This document shows positions 18,204 through 26,386 of a DNA stretch of 32,000 bases, in pieces. The DNA comes from Acaryochloris marina MBIC11017. Its GTDB lineage: Bacteria > Cyanobacteriota > Cyanobacteriia > Thermosynechococcales > Thermosynechococcaceae. How positions within the stretch are numbered: the first letter of the stretch is position 1; each line of letters starts with the position of its first letter. The stretch spans positions 4,410,001 through 4,442,000 of the forward strand of contig NC_009925.1 of the NCBI RefSeq assembly GCF_000018105.1, in the 5' to 3' direction. Under the pieces are notes generated by a model that was not told the DNA's origin, did no database searches, and worked only from the letters and a program-made list of their open reading frames with translations. The position numbers and the translations under genes are program-made.

Positions 18204-19949
18204 ATGCTCACCAAACTTGTCCGCTTCTTGGGCTCAATTAAGCTGGCCGTCCCAGTACTGGGTGCGATCGCAAGTATCTTAATTTGGGCGACGTTCTATG
18301 AGAGCAAGGTAGGGTCCCTTGTCGTCCAGCAGCAAATCTATAAGAGTCCCTGGTTTGGGGCCTTGATGTTTCTGCTAGCGGTCAATTTGGGGGTTTCCAC
18401 CCTCTCCCGTTATCCCTGGCGAGGGGCGCGGAAAGTGGGCTTTGCCCTCACCCATTTGGGATTAATCGTGCTGATTGCAGGGTCTGCAGCGGTGATTCAC
18501 CTCGGTGTGGAAGGACTTTTACTAGTCCGTACCGATCAACCAGCGAACCATTTGGTTCGGGTTGAGGGGGAATTATTAGAAGTGATGGATGACCAAGGCC
18601 AAGTACAACAGGCAGCGGTGATGGTAACGCCTGAGCGAATTATTTCTCCCACTCAATTCGCTGGGTTAAGGTTGTTGGACTATATCGAGAATTCCGTCGA
18701 AACGGTTGAATATCGTGACGGTGATGCCCAGGATGATCCAGCAATACGGTTGGTATTGAGTAGCGATCGCATGGGTCAAACCTTTGATCAGTGGTTATCG
18801 CCCGCTGCTGAAACGGTAGATTTGGGGCCAGCCCAACTGGAACTGTGGCAAGCTGCCAATCAGACCGATCTCCAACAGCTCTTGACCGATCCAACCCAAC
18901 AGCAAGCCCGCCAATCTGGAACCCTGATGTTCAAGATGGGAGACGTAGATACCCCGTTGGCCATTGATGACTTACGCCGTCAGGATGCCGTCATTAATGA
19001 TATCCAGGTTCACTTACTGAACGTGTGGCCTGATTTTCGCTTGGATGACCAGAATCAGCCGATCACAGCGTCTCAGGATTGGCGAAATCCAGCCTTAGAA
19101 GTAGAAGTGACCCAGGCCGATCTGCAAGAACGCTGGTTTGTCTTTGCTCAAGCTGGGCCGATCTTGGCGGGGGATGAGTCTTTACTGGATTTGGATTGGG
19201 AGTATCAAATCCCACCGCCCCCGACTAGCGACTACTTCCGAGTCGTGGTTGCCAATCAAAAGCTCTATTATGCAGCCCGCTCCTCTAAGTCTTTTACATC
19301 AGGGCCTTTGGTGATGGATCAAATGATTCAGCCGGGCTGGGCAGATTTTAAAATCACCCTGGCAGACTGGCTTCCCCATGGGAAGCGGATCCAAGAGCGC
19401 CTTCCCGCTCCATCTGGTGTTGAAGGAGTTCCGGCGTTGCAGGTGGCCTCAGCGGATGGGCAGCAATGGCTGACCTGGGGGGACTCAGCACTGATTGCCG
19501 ATGGTGCGCACCCTAAAATGGCGGCCTTTGGCCCTCGCATGCTGGCCTTACCCTTTCGGGTGGGTCTGGATGATTTTGTCGTTGAACGGAATGAAGGTAG
19601 CGACTCGGTGGCCATGTGGACGAGCCAAATTCGCATCGAAGATCTTCAGGGAGAATCTGCTCAAAAACGGTCGGTCTGGATGAATCATCCCACCTGGTAC
19701 CAGGGATGGAAAATTGCCCAAGCCTCTTGGAATCCTGGCGATTTGAACCAGTCCACCCTGCAAGTTAAACGGGAACCCCTATGGGTGACCGCTTTGACCT
19801 GGAGTGGCGCTTTACTGACCGTATTAGGGGTTGGCGTTATGTTTTATGGCCCGACCCTATTCAAAAAACGGTCAGCGGTGTTGGAGCAACCCACTGAGCC
19901 GATCACGGCTGAACCCACCCCTCTGCCCCTTGCACCTCAGGATGGATAA
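18204..19949 (+). CDS. ResB/Ccs1-like cytochrome c biogenesis protein (System II), long form
   Basis: 581 aa. The N-terminus LVRFLGSIKLAVPVLGAIASILIWATFYES, a second TM, a His-containing TM (LTHLGLIVLIAGSAAVIH), a large soluble loop and a C-terminal TM match ResB/CcsB topology. Its stop overlaps the next gene's start (TAATG). Confidence 0.75.
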   Translation: MLTKLVRFLGSIKLAVPVLGAIASILIWATFYESKVGSLVVQQQIYKSPWFGALMFLLAVNLGVSTLSRYPWRGARKVGFALTHLGLIVLIAGSAAVIHLGVEGLLLVRTDQPANHLVRVEGELLEVMDDQGQVQQAAVMVTPERIISPTQFAGLRLLDYIENSVETVEYRDGDAQDDPAIRLVLSSDRMGQTFDQWLSPAAETVDLGPAQLELWQAANQTDLQQLLTDPTQQQARQSGTLMFKMGDVDTPLAIDDLRRQDAVINDIQVHLLNVWPDFRLDDQNQPITASQDWRNPALEVEVTQADLQERWFVFAQAGPILAGDESLLDLDWEYQIPPPPTSDYFRVVVANQKLYYAARSSKSFTSGPLVMDQMIQPGWADFKITLADWLPHGKRIQERLPAPSGVEGVPALQVASADGQQWLTWGDSALIADGAHPKMAAFGPRMLALPFRVGLDDFVVERNEGSDSVAMWTSQIRIEDLQGESAQKRSVWMNHPTWYQGWKIAQASWNPGDLNQSTLQVKREPLWVTALTWSGALLTVLGVGVMFYGPTLFKKRSAVLEQPTEPITAEPTPLPLAPQDG

Positions 19950-21649
19950 TGAATCAACTGCAATTTTTATGGGGACTCTGTCTGGCGTTGGCCTTGGCGG
20001 TCACCCCTATCAGTCAATGGCAACCCCCAACCCAAACAGCGATTGATACCCTGGCTGTTCAGCTGGATGGTCGCAAAAAGCCCTTAGATACAGTGGCCCG
20101 GGAAACCGTCACCACGATTCATGGGTCATCGCGATATCAACTGGCTAGTGGTGAGGTTTTAGATGCGCCACAAATCTATTGGTCTTTGTGGCTAAACAGC
20201 CGGAATTGGAATGACGAGCCCTTTGTGCTGGTCAATTATCGCCCCCTCAAGGCCCAATTGGGACTGCCCTTGGAGCAAAAGCACTTTAGCTTTTCTACCC
20301 TGATCAATTCTAATTTGGGTCTAATCTTGCAACAAGCCCATACCAAACAGCTGCAAGAGCAACCCCTGACACGAGATGAACGAGAAGCTCTGACGCTTGA
20401 AGATCGCCTTAATTTGATGTTGGATACGGTTGGCAGCCAAAGCCTGCCTCTGGTGCCCCATCCCATGGATATCAAAGGAACTTGGGTCGGGATTACGGAT
20501 ACTGAACAGCTTTATCCGCCTGAGATGGCAGCCAAGATTCAAACCCAGTTTGAGCAGCTCAACCAGCAGTATCAAGCTCAGAGAGATGATTTAGACTCTT
20601 TGGCGGAGCCTGCGGCTCTATTGCAGCAGTCCCTAGCAGACTTAAGTCCTGAGATTTATCCAGCAATGGCCACGTTGCAACGGGAAGCCTTTTTCAATCA
20701 CTTCCATCCTTTTGGTAAAGCATGGAAACTGTATGGGATAGCATTCCTGGTCCTCCTCACTAGCCAACCCATTTCTAGCTTTAACTTGTATTGGACTGGC
20801 ATGGGAACCTTCCTCGGAGGCATCTTGATCCAAGCCTTTGGCTTTGGCCTGCGCATGCAAATTGCAGGCCGTCCTCCCGTTACCAATATGTATGAATCCG
20901 TGGTTTGGGTTGGCTTTGGGATTGCCGCCTTAGCCTTTTGCTTCGAGCTTCAGACCCGAGCCCGTTCCTATCTGTATGCGGCGGCTCCCCTTGCCGTCGT
21001 GTGCCTGCTGCTGGCCGATAGTTTACCTGCAGTTTTGGACCCCAGTATTGAGCCCTTAGTGCCCGTATTGCGAGATAACTTTTGGCTCAGTATCCACGTC
21101 CCCACGATCACCCTTAGCTATGCCAGCTTTGCTTTGGCCATGGGATTAGGGCATTTGGCATTGGTGCAATATTGGCGACACCCCCAGGGAGGGTCAACCG
21201 CCAGCGCCCTGTCCCGGCTTAATACTCGCGTCATTCAAGTGGGAATATTGCTGCTAACGACAGGCATTATTTTGGGCGGCATCTGGGCGCATTTTTCCTG
21301 GGGGCGATTTTGGGGTTGGGATCCAAAAGAGACCTGGGCTTTAATTGCCTTGCTTTGCTATTTAGCGCCTGTTCATGGTCGTTTAGCGGGTTGGTTAGGA
21401 CAATTTGGTATGAATGTGGCCAGTGTCTTAGGGTTTAATGCCGTACTGATGGCTTGGTATGGCGTTAATTTTGTGTTGGGAACAGGATTACATAGTTATG
21501 GATTCGGTACGGGCGGTTCTGCAGTGCTGATCACCGGTTTAGTCGGTATGGATAGCTTATTTGTGTTGGCAACCATTCTCCGCTATCGTTCTCAGCAGCA
21601 TCGTAGTGCTTCTCCCTCGGTGCCTGAAGTGCAAACTGCTGATGCTTAA
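19949..21649 (+). CDS. CcsA/ResC-like cytochrome c assembly (heme-handling) protein with a roughly 250-aa N-terminal extension
   Basis: 566 aa. Trp-rich heme-handling motif WGRFWGWDPKETWALI. Conserved TM histidines (SIHVPTITLSY, YLAPVHGRLAGW). N-terminal signal/TM followed by a soluble domain ahead of the 8-TM core. Confidence 0.85.
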   Translation: MNQLQFLWGLCLALALAVTPISQWQPPTQTAIDTLAVQLDGRKKPLDTVARETVTTIHGSSRYQLASGEVLDAPQIYWSLWLNSRNWNDEPFVLVNYRPLKAQLGLPLEQKHFSFSTLINSNLGLILQQAHTKQLQEQPLTRDEREALTLEDRLNLMLDTVGSQSLPLVPHPMDIKGTWVGITDTEQLYPPEMAAKIQTQFEQLNQQYQAQRDDLDSLAEPAALLQQSLADLSPEIYPAMATLQREAFFNHFHPFGKAWKLYGIAFLVLLTSQPISSFNLYWTGMGTFLGGILIQAFGFGLRMQIAGRPPVTNMYESVVWVGFGIAALAFCFELQTRARSYLYAAAPLAVVCLLLADSLPAVLDPSIEPLVPVLRDNFWLSIHVPTITLSYASFALAMGLGHLALVQYWRHPQGGSTASALSRLNTRVIQVGILLLTTGIILGGIWAHFSWGRFWGWDPKETWALIALLCYLAPVHGRLAGWLGQFGMNVASVLGFNAVLMAWYGVNFVLGTGLHSYGFGTGGSAVLITGLVGMDSLFVLATILRYRSQQHRSASPSVPEVQTADA

Positions 21650-21699
21650 TGTCAGGATTGTGTCGTCCCATTCATACACACCAATTGGAAAACTAAGCG

Positions 21700-22626
21700 A
21701 TGGCCGTTCTCACACCGGAAGAGGTGCAAACGAAAGTTCAACAGGGCATTTCTTTACAAGGAGCAGAACTCAGCAATATCAATTTGCAGGGATTCTCCCT
21801 GGATGATGGTCATTTCCCACAAGCCTATTTACGGGTGGCGAATTTATCCCAAGCCTCCTGTAATCGAGCCGATTTTACGGAAGCGATCTTGATCTTTGCA
21901 ACCCTCACGGGAATTAGCTTGCAGGATGCATTACTAACGGAAGCTCAATTTACCTCTGCCCGCCTTGACTCGGCTAATTTGATGGGGATTCATGGCGTGA
22001 AGCTCAAACTGCATGGTGCCCATTTGGATCAAGCGAATGCGGCCACAGCCATTTTGGAGTCGGTGGATTTAGCAGAAGCCACTGGCCAGTATGCCTCCTT
22101 CAGAGATGCCATTTTAATCAGAGCTGATCTGTCTCAGGGCGATTTCAAGGGGGCTAACTTTAGCCGAGCGAAGCTCAATGATGCCAATTTGAGTCAGGGA
22201 CAATTCTCAGAGGCCATTTTTGCCCATGCCCGCTTGGAACGGTCTCGCTTTGTACAGTCCAATTTACAAAAAGCAGATTTTACTGGGGCTGATTTAATCG
22301 GCAGTAACTTAGAGCAGGTCAATTTACAGGAAGCACAGCTACAGCAGGCCAGTTTTGATCATGTGCTCTTAGGGCAAACTTGTATGCGCGACGCTCGGTT
22401 GAACCATGCCTCTTTCTATAGTGCTCATTTAGAGCAGGCTGACTTAACGGGTGCTCAAGTAGAGCAGACAGATTTTCGGGATGCCAATTTGGAAAACACT
22501 CAACTTCACAACGTTGATTTTTTTAACACCATTGTGTCTGGCGCAATCTTTACCGATGCTAAAGGATTATCCAGTGAGCAGAAAGTACTACTGCGAAAAC
22601 AGGGCGCTCTAAATGTCCCTAAATAA
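21700..22626 (+). CDS. Pentapeptide-repeat protein
   Basis: 308 aa made almost entirely of A(D/N)LxX-type pentapeptides (ANLSQ ASCNR ADFTE AILIF ATLTG ...). Confidence 0.9.
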   Translation: MAVLTPEEVQTKVQQGISLQGAELSNINLQGFSLDDGHFPQAYLRVANLSQASCNRADFTEAILIFATLTGISLQDALLTEAQFTSARLDSANLMGIHGVKLKLHGAHLDQANAATAILESVDLAEATGQYASFRDAILIRADLSQGDFKGANFSRAKLNDANLSQGQFSEAIFAHARLERSRFVQSNLQKADFTGADLIGSNLEQVNLQEAQLQQASFDHVLLGQTCMRDARLNHASFYSAHLEQADLTGAQVEQTDFRDANLENTQLHNVDFFNTIVSGAIFTDAKGLSSEQKVLLRKQGALNVPK

Positions 22627-22988
22627 TGTATCTTTTTATACTTTTTTATTGGGCGTATTCTTTGCTAGAGAAACCGTAATTACTGATGTAATTTTTGCAT
22701 TGAAGTTATGCAATCGACGACTTTTATATAGTGTTAATTGTATTAATTGATACGACTCGACTGGTAATTATTTTTTACCTTTGAAGGCATATTTTGAATC
22801 TGCAGCTTAATGCTGTTTATGAATGTCAAAATTTCGACGATGCAACGCTTTGGGTGAAAGCATTTTGATGCTCGTTGAACGGTTGATGGTGCTTCGAGAA
22901 TGCTGTGAATCGGTGTTGCGATCGCACTCATCTCACTCTACTTTCTATTTCTCTTCTGAGGAATACCAAGATGACCTAACCTAAATAA

Positions 22989-23039
22989 ATTTCAAGATCT
23001 TAAAAGAGGTACTTGATTGCTCTTTTAAGATCTTGAAAT
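22989..23039. repeat. Perfect 20-bp inverted repeat (11-nt spacer) in the AT-rich leader upstream of the globin gene; candidate operator or RNA hairpin
   Basis: ATTTCAAGATCTTAAAAGAG (22989-23008) and CTCTTTTAAGATCTTGAAAT (23020-23039) are exact reverse complements. Each arm contains the internal palindrome AAGATCTT. The centre lies about 177 nt upstream of the ATG at 23191. Confidence 0.8.
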
Positions 23040-23190
23040 AGAAAGAGGAATTTCCCCTTAAGGAAGAGATGCTTGATCTGAATTTATCCCACTGAACAGC
23101 TATTAATCCCACCTTTGAAAAAAGATTAGACTCGGTTCAATTAATCTTTTGAATTAGCCCTTGAGCCCCATATCTTCAATAGGTAAATCT

Positions 23191-24207
23191 ATGACCTTAC
23201 AAGTTGAAATCCTTGAAAGTAGCTTTGAGAAAGTAAAACCTCAAGCTAATGAATTTGTTTCAAGTTTTTATAATCACTTATTCACGGATTACCCAGAGGC
23301 TCAACCTCTTTTTGAGGGAACAGACATGGAGAAGCAAGGTGGCAAGCTCTTGCAATCTCTGGTATTGGTGATTGAGAATTTGCGCAAACCTGATGCGTTG
23401 GGTAATGCTCTCAAAGGTCTGGGAGCCCGACATGTGAAATATGGGGCCTTACCGGAGCATTACCCCTTGGTGGGAGCGACCTTACTGAAGACGTTTGAAC
23501 AATACCTAGGGGATGCATGGACTGAAGAGGTTCAAACAGCCTGGGTGGATGCCTACGGAGCCATTACCACCATCATGTTGGACGGTGCAGATTATTCAGA
23601 GGCAGATGTCCAGCTCAAACCAGAAGCGCCACCGACTGAATCCGGCTTGCAAGTTGAGCTATTGGAAACGAGCTTTGCCCAAGTGAAGCCTGTCGCTAAT
23701 GAGTTTGCGGATCGCTTTTACGAGAACCTGTTCACTGATTATCCCGCTGCCCAACCCTTATTTGCGAATACAGATATCAAACAACAAAGCAAAAAATTGC
23801 TGCAATCCCTCGTGTTGGTTGTTGAAAATCTGCGTAAGCCAGATGCACTAGGAGACGCCCTCACGGGACTGGGGGCTCGGCATGTGAAATATGGCGCTTT
23901 ACCGGAGCATTACCCCTTGGTGGGTAATACCCTGCTCAAAACCTTTGAGGAATTTTTAGGGACTGCCTGGACTGATGATGTCAAACAGGCTTGGGTCGAT
24001 GCCTATGGGGCTATCAGCACCATCATGTTAGACGGTGCTGATTATTCCACAGCAGATTTAGATTTGAATTCAGCCTCCCCCGCTGCAGCCGCCTCACCTA
24101 GCAGCTTCTCCAGTGAGGCTTCAGAGCCTGAGCGACCAACAGGATTGTTATTAGGGCTGGCAGGTGGCGGCATTATTGCGGTCATTATTGCCATTCTGTT
24201 GGTCTAA
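23191..24207 (+). CDS. Tandem two-domain globin (Vitreoscilla Hb/flavohemoglobin-type globin fold x2) with a C-terminal transmembrane anchor and no reductase domain
   Basis: Start moved to the ATG at 23191. Each domain has FY(N/E)xLFTDYPxAQPLF (B10 Tyr, CD1 Phe), KLLQSLVLV(I/V)ENL (E helix with Gln), LGARHVKYGALPEHYPLVG (proximal His) and AWVDAYGAI(T/S)TIMLDGADY. The domains are offset by exactly 150 aa. A Ser/Pro/Ala linker follows, then GLLLGLAGGGIIAVIIAILLV. Confidence 0.85.
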   Translation: MTLQVEILESSFEKVKPQANEFVSSFYNHLFTDYPEAQPLFEGTDMEKQGGKLLQSLVLVIENLRKPDALGNALKGLGARHVKYGALPEHYPLVGATLLKTFEQYLGDAWTEEVQTAWVDAYGAITTIMLDGADYSEADVQLKPEAPPTESGLQVELLETSFAQVKPVANEFADRFYENLFTDYPAAQPLFANTDIKQQSKKLLQSLVLVVENLRKPDALGDALTGLGARHVKYGALPEHYPLVGNTLLKTFEEFLGTAWTDDVKQAWVDAYGAISTIMLDGADYSTADLDLNSASPAAAASPSSFSSEASEPERPTGLLLGLAGGGIIAVIIAILLV

Positions 24208-24226
24208 ATTTTCTAGGGCAATTGTA

Positions 24227-24874
24227 GTGGCCAAAACGAAAAAATCTTTTTTGAGCTTATCGGCTCTATTTAATGTCAGAAATACTGTGATTGTGCTGTG
24301 TTTAATTTTGATGGGTTGGTTGGGGGCCGCCTTTGCTTTAGACCACAAAACGATCTTTCTACCGGGCGTAACGTCTAATGGACATCTCTTATTTGAGGCG
24401 TCATGTGCCTCTTGTCATGAGGGGTTTAAGCCTGTGAGTAATGACACGTGCATGCGCTGCCATGAGGCAGAAATGGCAACGGATGCCCATGGACCCAAGA
24501 AGTTTCGAGATCTGCGCTGGGCTGCTGAACTAGAGAAATTGGAGGTATTAACGTGCACCACTTGCCACAACGAACATGTGCATATGTTTGATCGCGGGGT
24601 GCATCTAAAACCAGATCTCTGCATGATTTGCCATGAAGGCATTATTCAAGGGGAATTGGCCAGTCATAAAGGGTTGTCACCGGATGGATGTTGGACCGCT
24701 GGTTGCCACAATTACCACGACCATCGCAGTATTTCAACGGGCTTTTTACGTCAGAGTATGGGCCAAGCAGATATGTTGCCGAAGCCCGCATTACCGGCTC
24801 GCACGATTAAGCCTGAACTGGCGGCACCCCCTCAGCCTGACTTGGATAAAGAGCTTCTCGGAGGGCGGGCATGA
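24227..24874 (+). CDS. Membrane-anchored multiheme cytochrome c with five heme-attachment sites (4 CXXCH + 1 CX4CH)
   Basis: CASCH (24404-24418), CMRCH (24449-24463), CTTCH (24554-24568), CMICH (24620-24634) and CWTAGCH (24689-24709). N-terminal signal anchor TVIVLCLILMGWLGAAFA. The start is uncertain: GTG at 24227 is preferred over ATG at 24164, which would overlap the globin TM by 44 nt. Confidence 0.8.
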   Translation: MAKTKKSFLSLSALFNVRNTVIVLCLILMGWLGAAFALDHKTIFLPGVTSNGHLLFEASCASCHEGFKPVSNDTCMRCHEAEMATDAHGPKKFRDLRWAAELEKLEVLTCTTCHNEHVHMFDRGVHLKPDLCMICHEGIIQGELASHKGLSPDGCWTAGCHNYHDHRSISTGFLRQSMGQADMLPKPALPARTIKPELAAPPQPDLDKELLGGRA

Positions 24875-25653
24875 GGAGCTGGCTTCTAAGAGGGGTGTTG
24901 TTATTGCTGCTCTGGAATGGGTTGACGGTTTCTGTCTTGGCGGTTGATCAGGCTCAGCTCCAGTCTATCAATCAAAGCTGGTCCCAAAGTGCTCATGCCT
25001 TAGCTGACGTGAACTGTTCGAGCTGTCACCAGAATAAATCCACGAAACAGGTGCTGAAGCGGCCCAATCATGAAAGCTGTCAATCTTGCCATAAAGCGCA
25101 AGTGGATACCTTTTTACTCGGTAAGCATGGTATCCGCCTCTTGGAAGGACAAACGGCACTCACCCCTGCCTTGGCCCATCTGCCGATGCAAGCAGCTGCC
25201 CATGACAAACAGATGAACTGTAATGCTTGTCATGACGTTCATTCAGTGAAAACGTTACCCGCCTCGGTTGACTCTTGTCTGACCTGCCACAAGGACACCC
25301 ATTCACTGAACTACAAGAACTCCCGACATGGGCAATTGCTGCAAGAAGAAGGGGCACTTCCCCGGCCTTCGACTGTTTCAACGACTTGTGCGACTTGCCA
25401 CCTGCCCCGCCAAACATCGGCATCGGGGACGGTGACGGTCAACCACAACAATACCTTCACGTTACTGCCACGCGATCGCATGGTGAAAGAGGTCTGTATG
25501 AATTGCCACGGCATGGAATTTGCCTACAACAGCATTTTTGATGATGACTTAGTGGAATCGAATTTTGCCCGACCCCCTACCTTATCGATGGACACTCTGA
25601 AAATGGTGCGTGCGCTAGAACAACAACGGTCGGGCAATTCCAAATCAGAGTAA
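24871..25653 (+). CDS. Secreted hexaheme cytochrome c (paired-CXXCH type)
   Basis: 260 aa. Signal peptide MRSWLLRGVLLLLLWNGLTVSVLA. Six CXXCH motifs: CSSCH, CQSCH, CNACH, CLTCH, CATCH, CMNCH. Its ATG overlaps the upstream stop (ATGA, 24871-24874). Confidence 0.85.
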   Translation: MRSWLLRGVLLLLLWNGLTVSVLAVDQAQLQSINQSWSQSAHALADVNCSSCHQNKSTKQVLKRPNHESCQSCHKAQVDTFLLGKHGIRLLEGQTALTPALAHLPMQAAAHDKQMNCNACHDVHSVKTLPASVDSCLTCHKDTHSLNYKNSRHGQLLQEEGALPRPSTVSTTCATCHLPRQTSASGTVTVNHNNTFTLLPRDRMVKEVCMNCHGMEFAYNSIFDDDLVESNFARPPTLSMDTLKMVRALEQQRSGNSKSE

Positions 25654-25703
25654 TCCATCCCATCGAAACGAATCAGATGCATCTCATTGAGAGGAGACAC
25701 AAG

Positions 25704-26357
25704 ATGACTTTGACACGAAATTGGTTTAGAACGTTGCGTTCCAGAACCCTCGGCTTTTTTGCCCTAGCTGCAGCCATTTGTTTCACCGCTGTGGCCTGTA
25801 GTGGGGGTGCCGAATCCCAGGCTACTGGGGGGGTAAAACCCGAATTAGTGGCTGATTATATCCATACTGCTTTAGCTTCCGATCGAACGGCCTATACCAA
25901 GCATGTGGTTAACCGAGCCAAAAAACTAGAGGGTAAGCCCAAGAAAGATGGTGTGCTGGCCATTGAAGCCACCGAAGGCTGGGAAAGCAATGATGGTATT
26001 CCTTTGCCTGCTCAAATGTTTCGGCTCGGATCTGAGATTGCCTCCGAAGCAGACACGGCTTTTACCTATAACCTGATCTCAACTTGGTACATTAACGACG
26101 CTCAAGGTCCTAAAAATGATTTTGAGAAAAAAGCCATCCAACAGGTTGAGAAAACGGGTGAACCTTTCAAGGAGTACCAGGAAGTAGGAGGTAAGAAGTA
26201 TTTTTCGGCCCTCTATCCCGATAAGGCAGTAGCAGAAGCCTGTATTACTTGTCATAACACCCACCCTGTACACAAAGAACGCTATCCCGATAAGGTCTTC
26301 AAAATGGATGATGTGATGGGCGGCATCATGATCAATATTCCTTTGGAAGGTGCTTAG
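25704..26357 (+). CDS. DUF3365-type c-type heme lipoprotein (Tll0287-like PAS-like heme domain)
   Basis: Start placed at the ATG at 25704, preceded by GAGGAG. Signal peptide with lipobox (FTAVA-C). Single C-terminal CITCH followed by GGIMINIPL, plus the LPAQMFR pattern typical of DUF3365. Confidence 0.7.
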   Translation: MTLTRNWFRTLRSRTLGFFALAAAICFTAVACSGGAESQATGGVKPELVADYIHTALASDRTAYTKHVVNRAKKLEGKPKKDGVLAIEATEGWESNDGIPLPAQMFRLGSEIASEADTAFTYNLISTWYINDAQGPKNDFEKKAIQQVEKTGEPFKEYQEVGGKKYFSALYPDKAVAEACITCHNTHPVHKERYPDKVFKMDDVMGGIMINIPLEGA

Positions 26358-26386
26358 GTCGCAATAGCACTACCCAAAGGTAAGTG

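Noticed and set aside
22743-22931. A 62-aa minus-strand ORF lies in the AT-rich leader.
   Set aside because: It is short, has no motif and lies in a compositionally AT-rich non-coding-looking stretch. It is probably a chance ORF.
23040-23160. I looked for NsrR/FNR/CRP-type sites (for example TTGAT-N4-ATCAA or AAGATGCATTT-like) between the inverted repeat and the globin start.
   Set aside because: Only weak partial resemblances were found (GATGCTTGATCTGAATTTATC). There is no convincing dyad match, so none is reported as a feature.
24164-24226. The ATG at 24164 could be the start of the 5-site cytochrome c.
   Set aside because: It would overlap the globin's C-terminal TM coding region by 44 nt and add a non-signal-like extension. 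The GTG at 24227 gives a sensible basic N-terminus plus hydrophobic anchor. The choice remains uncertain without proteomic or Ribo-seq data.
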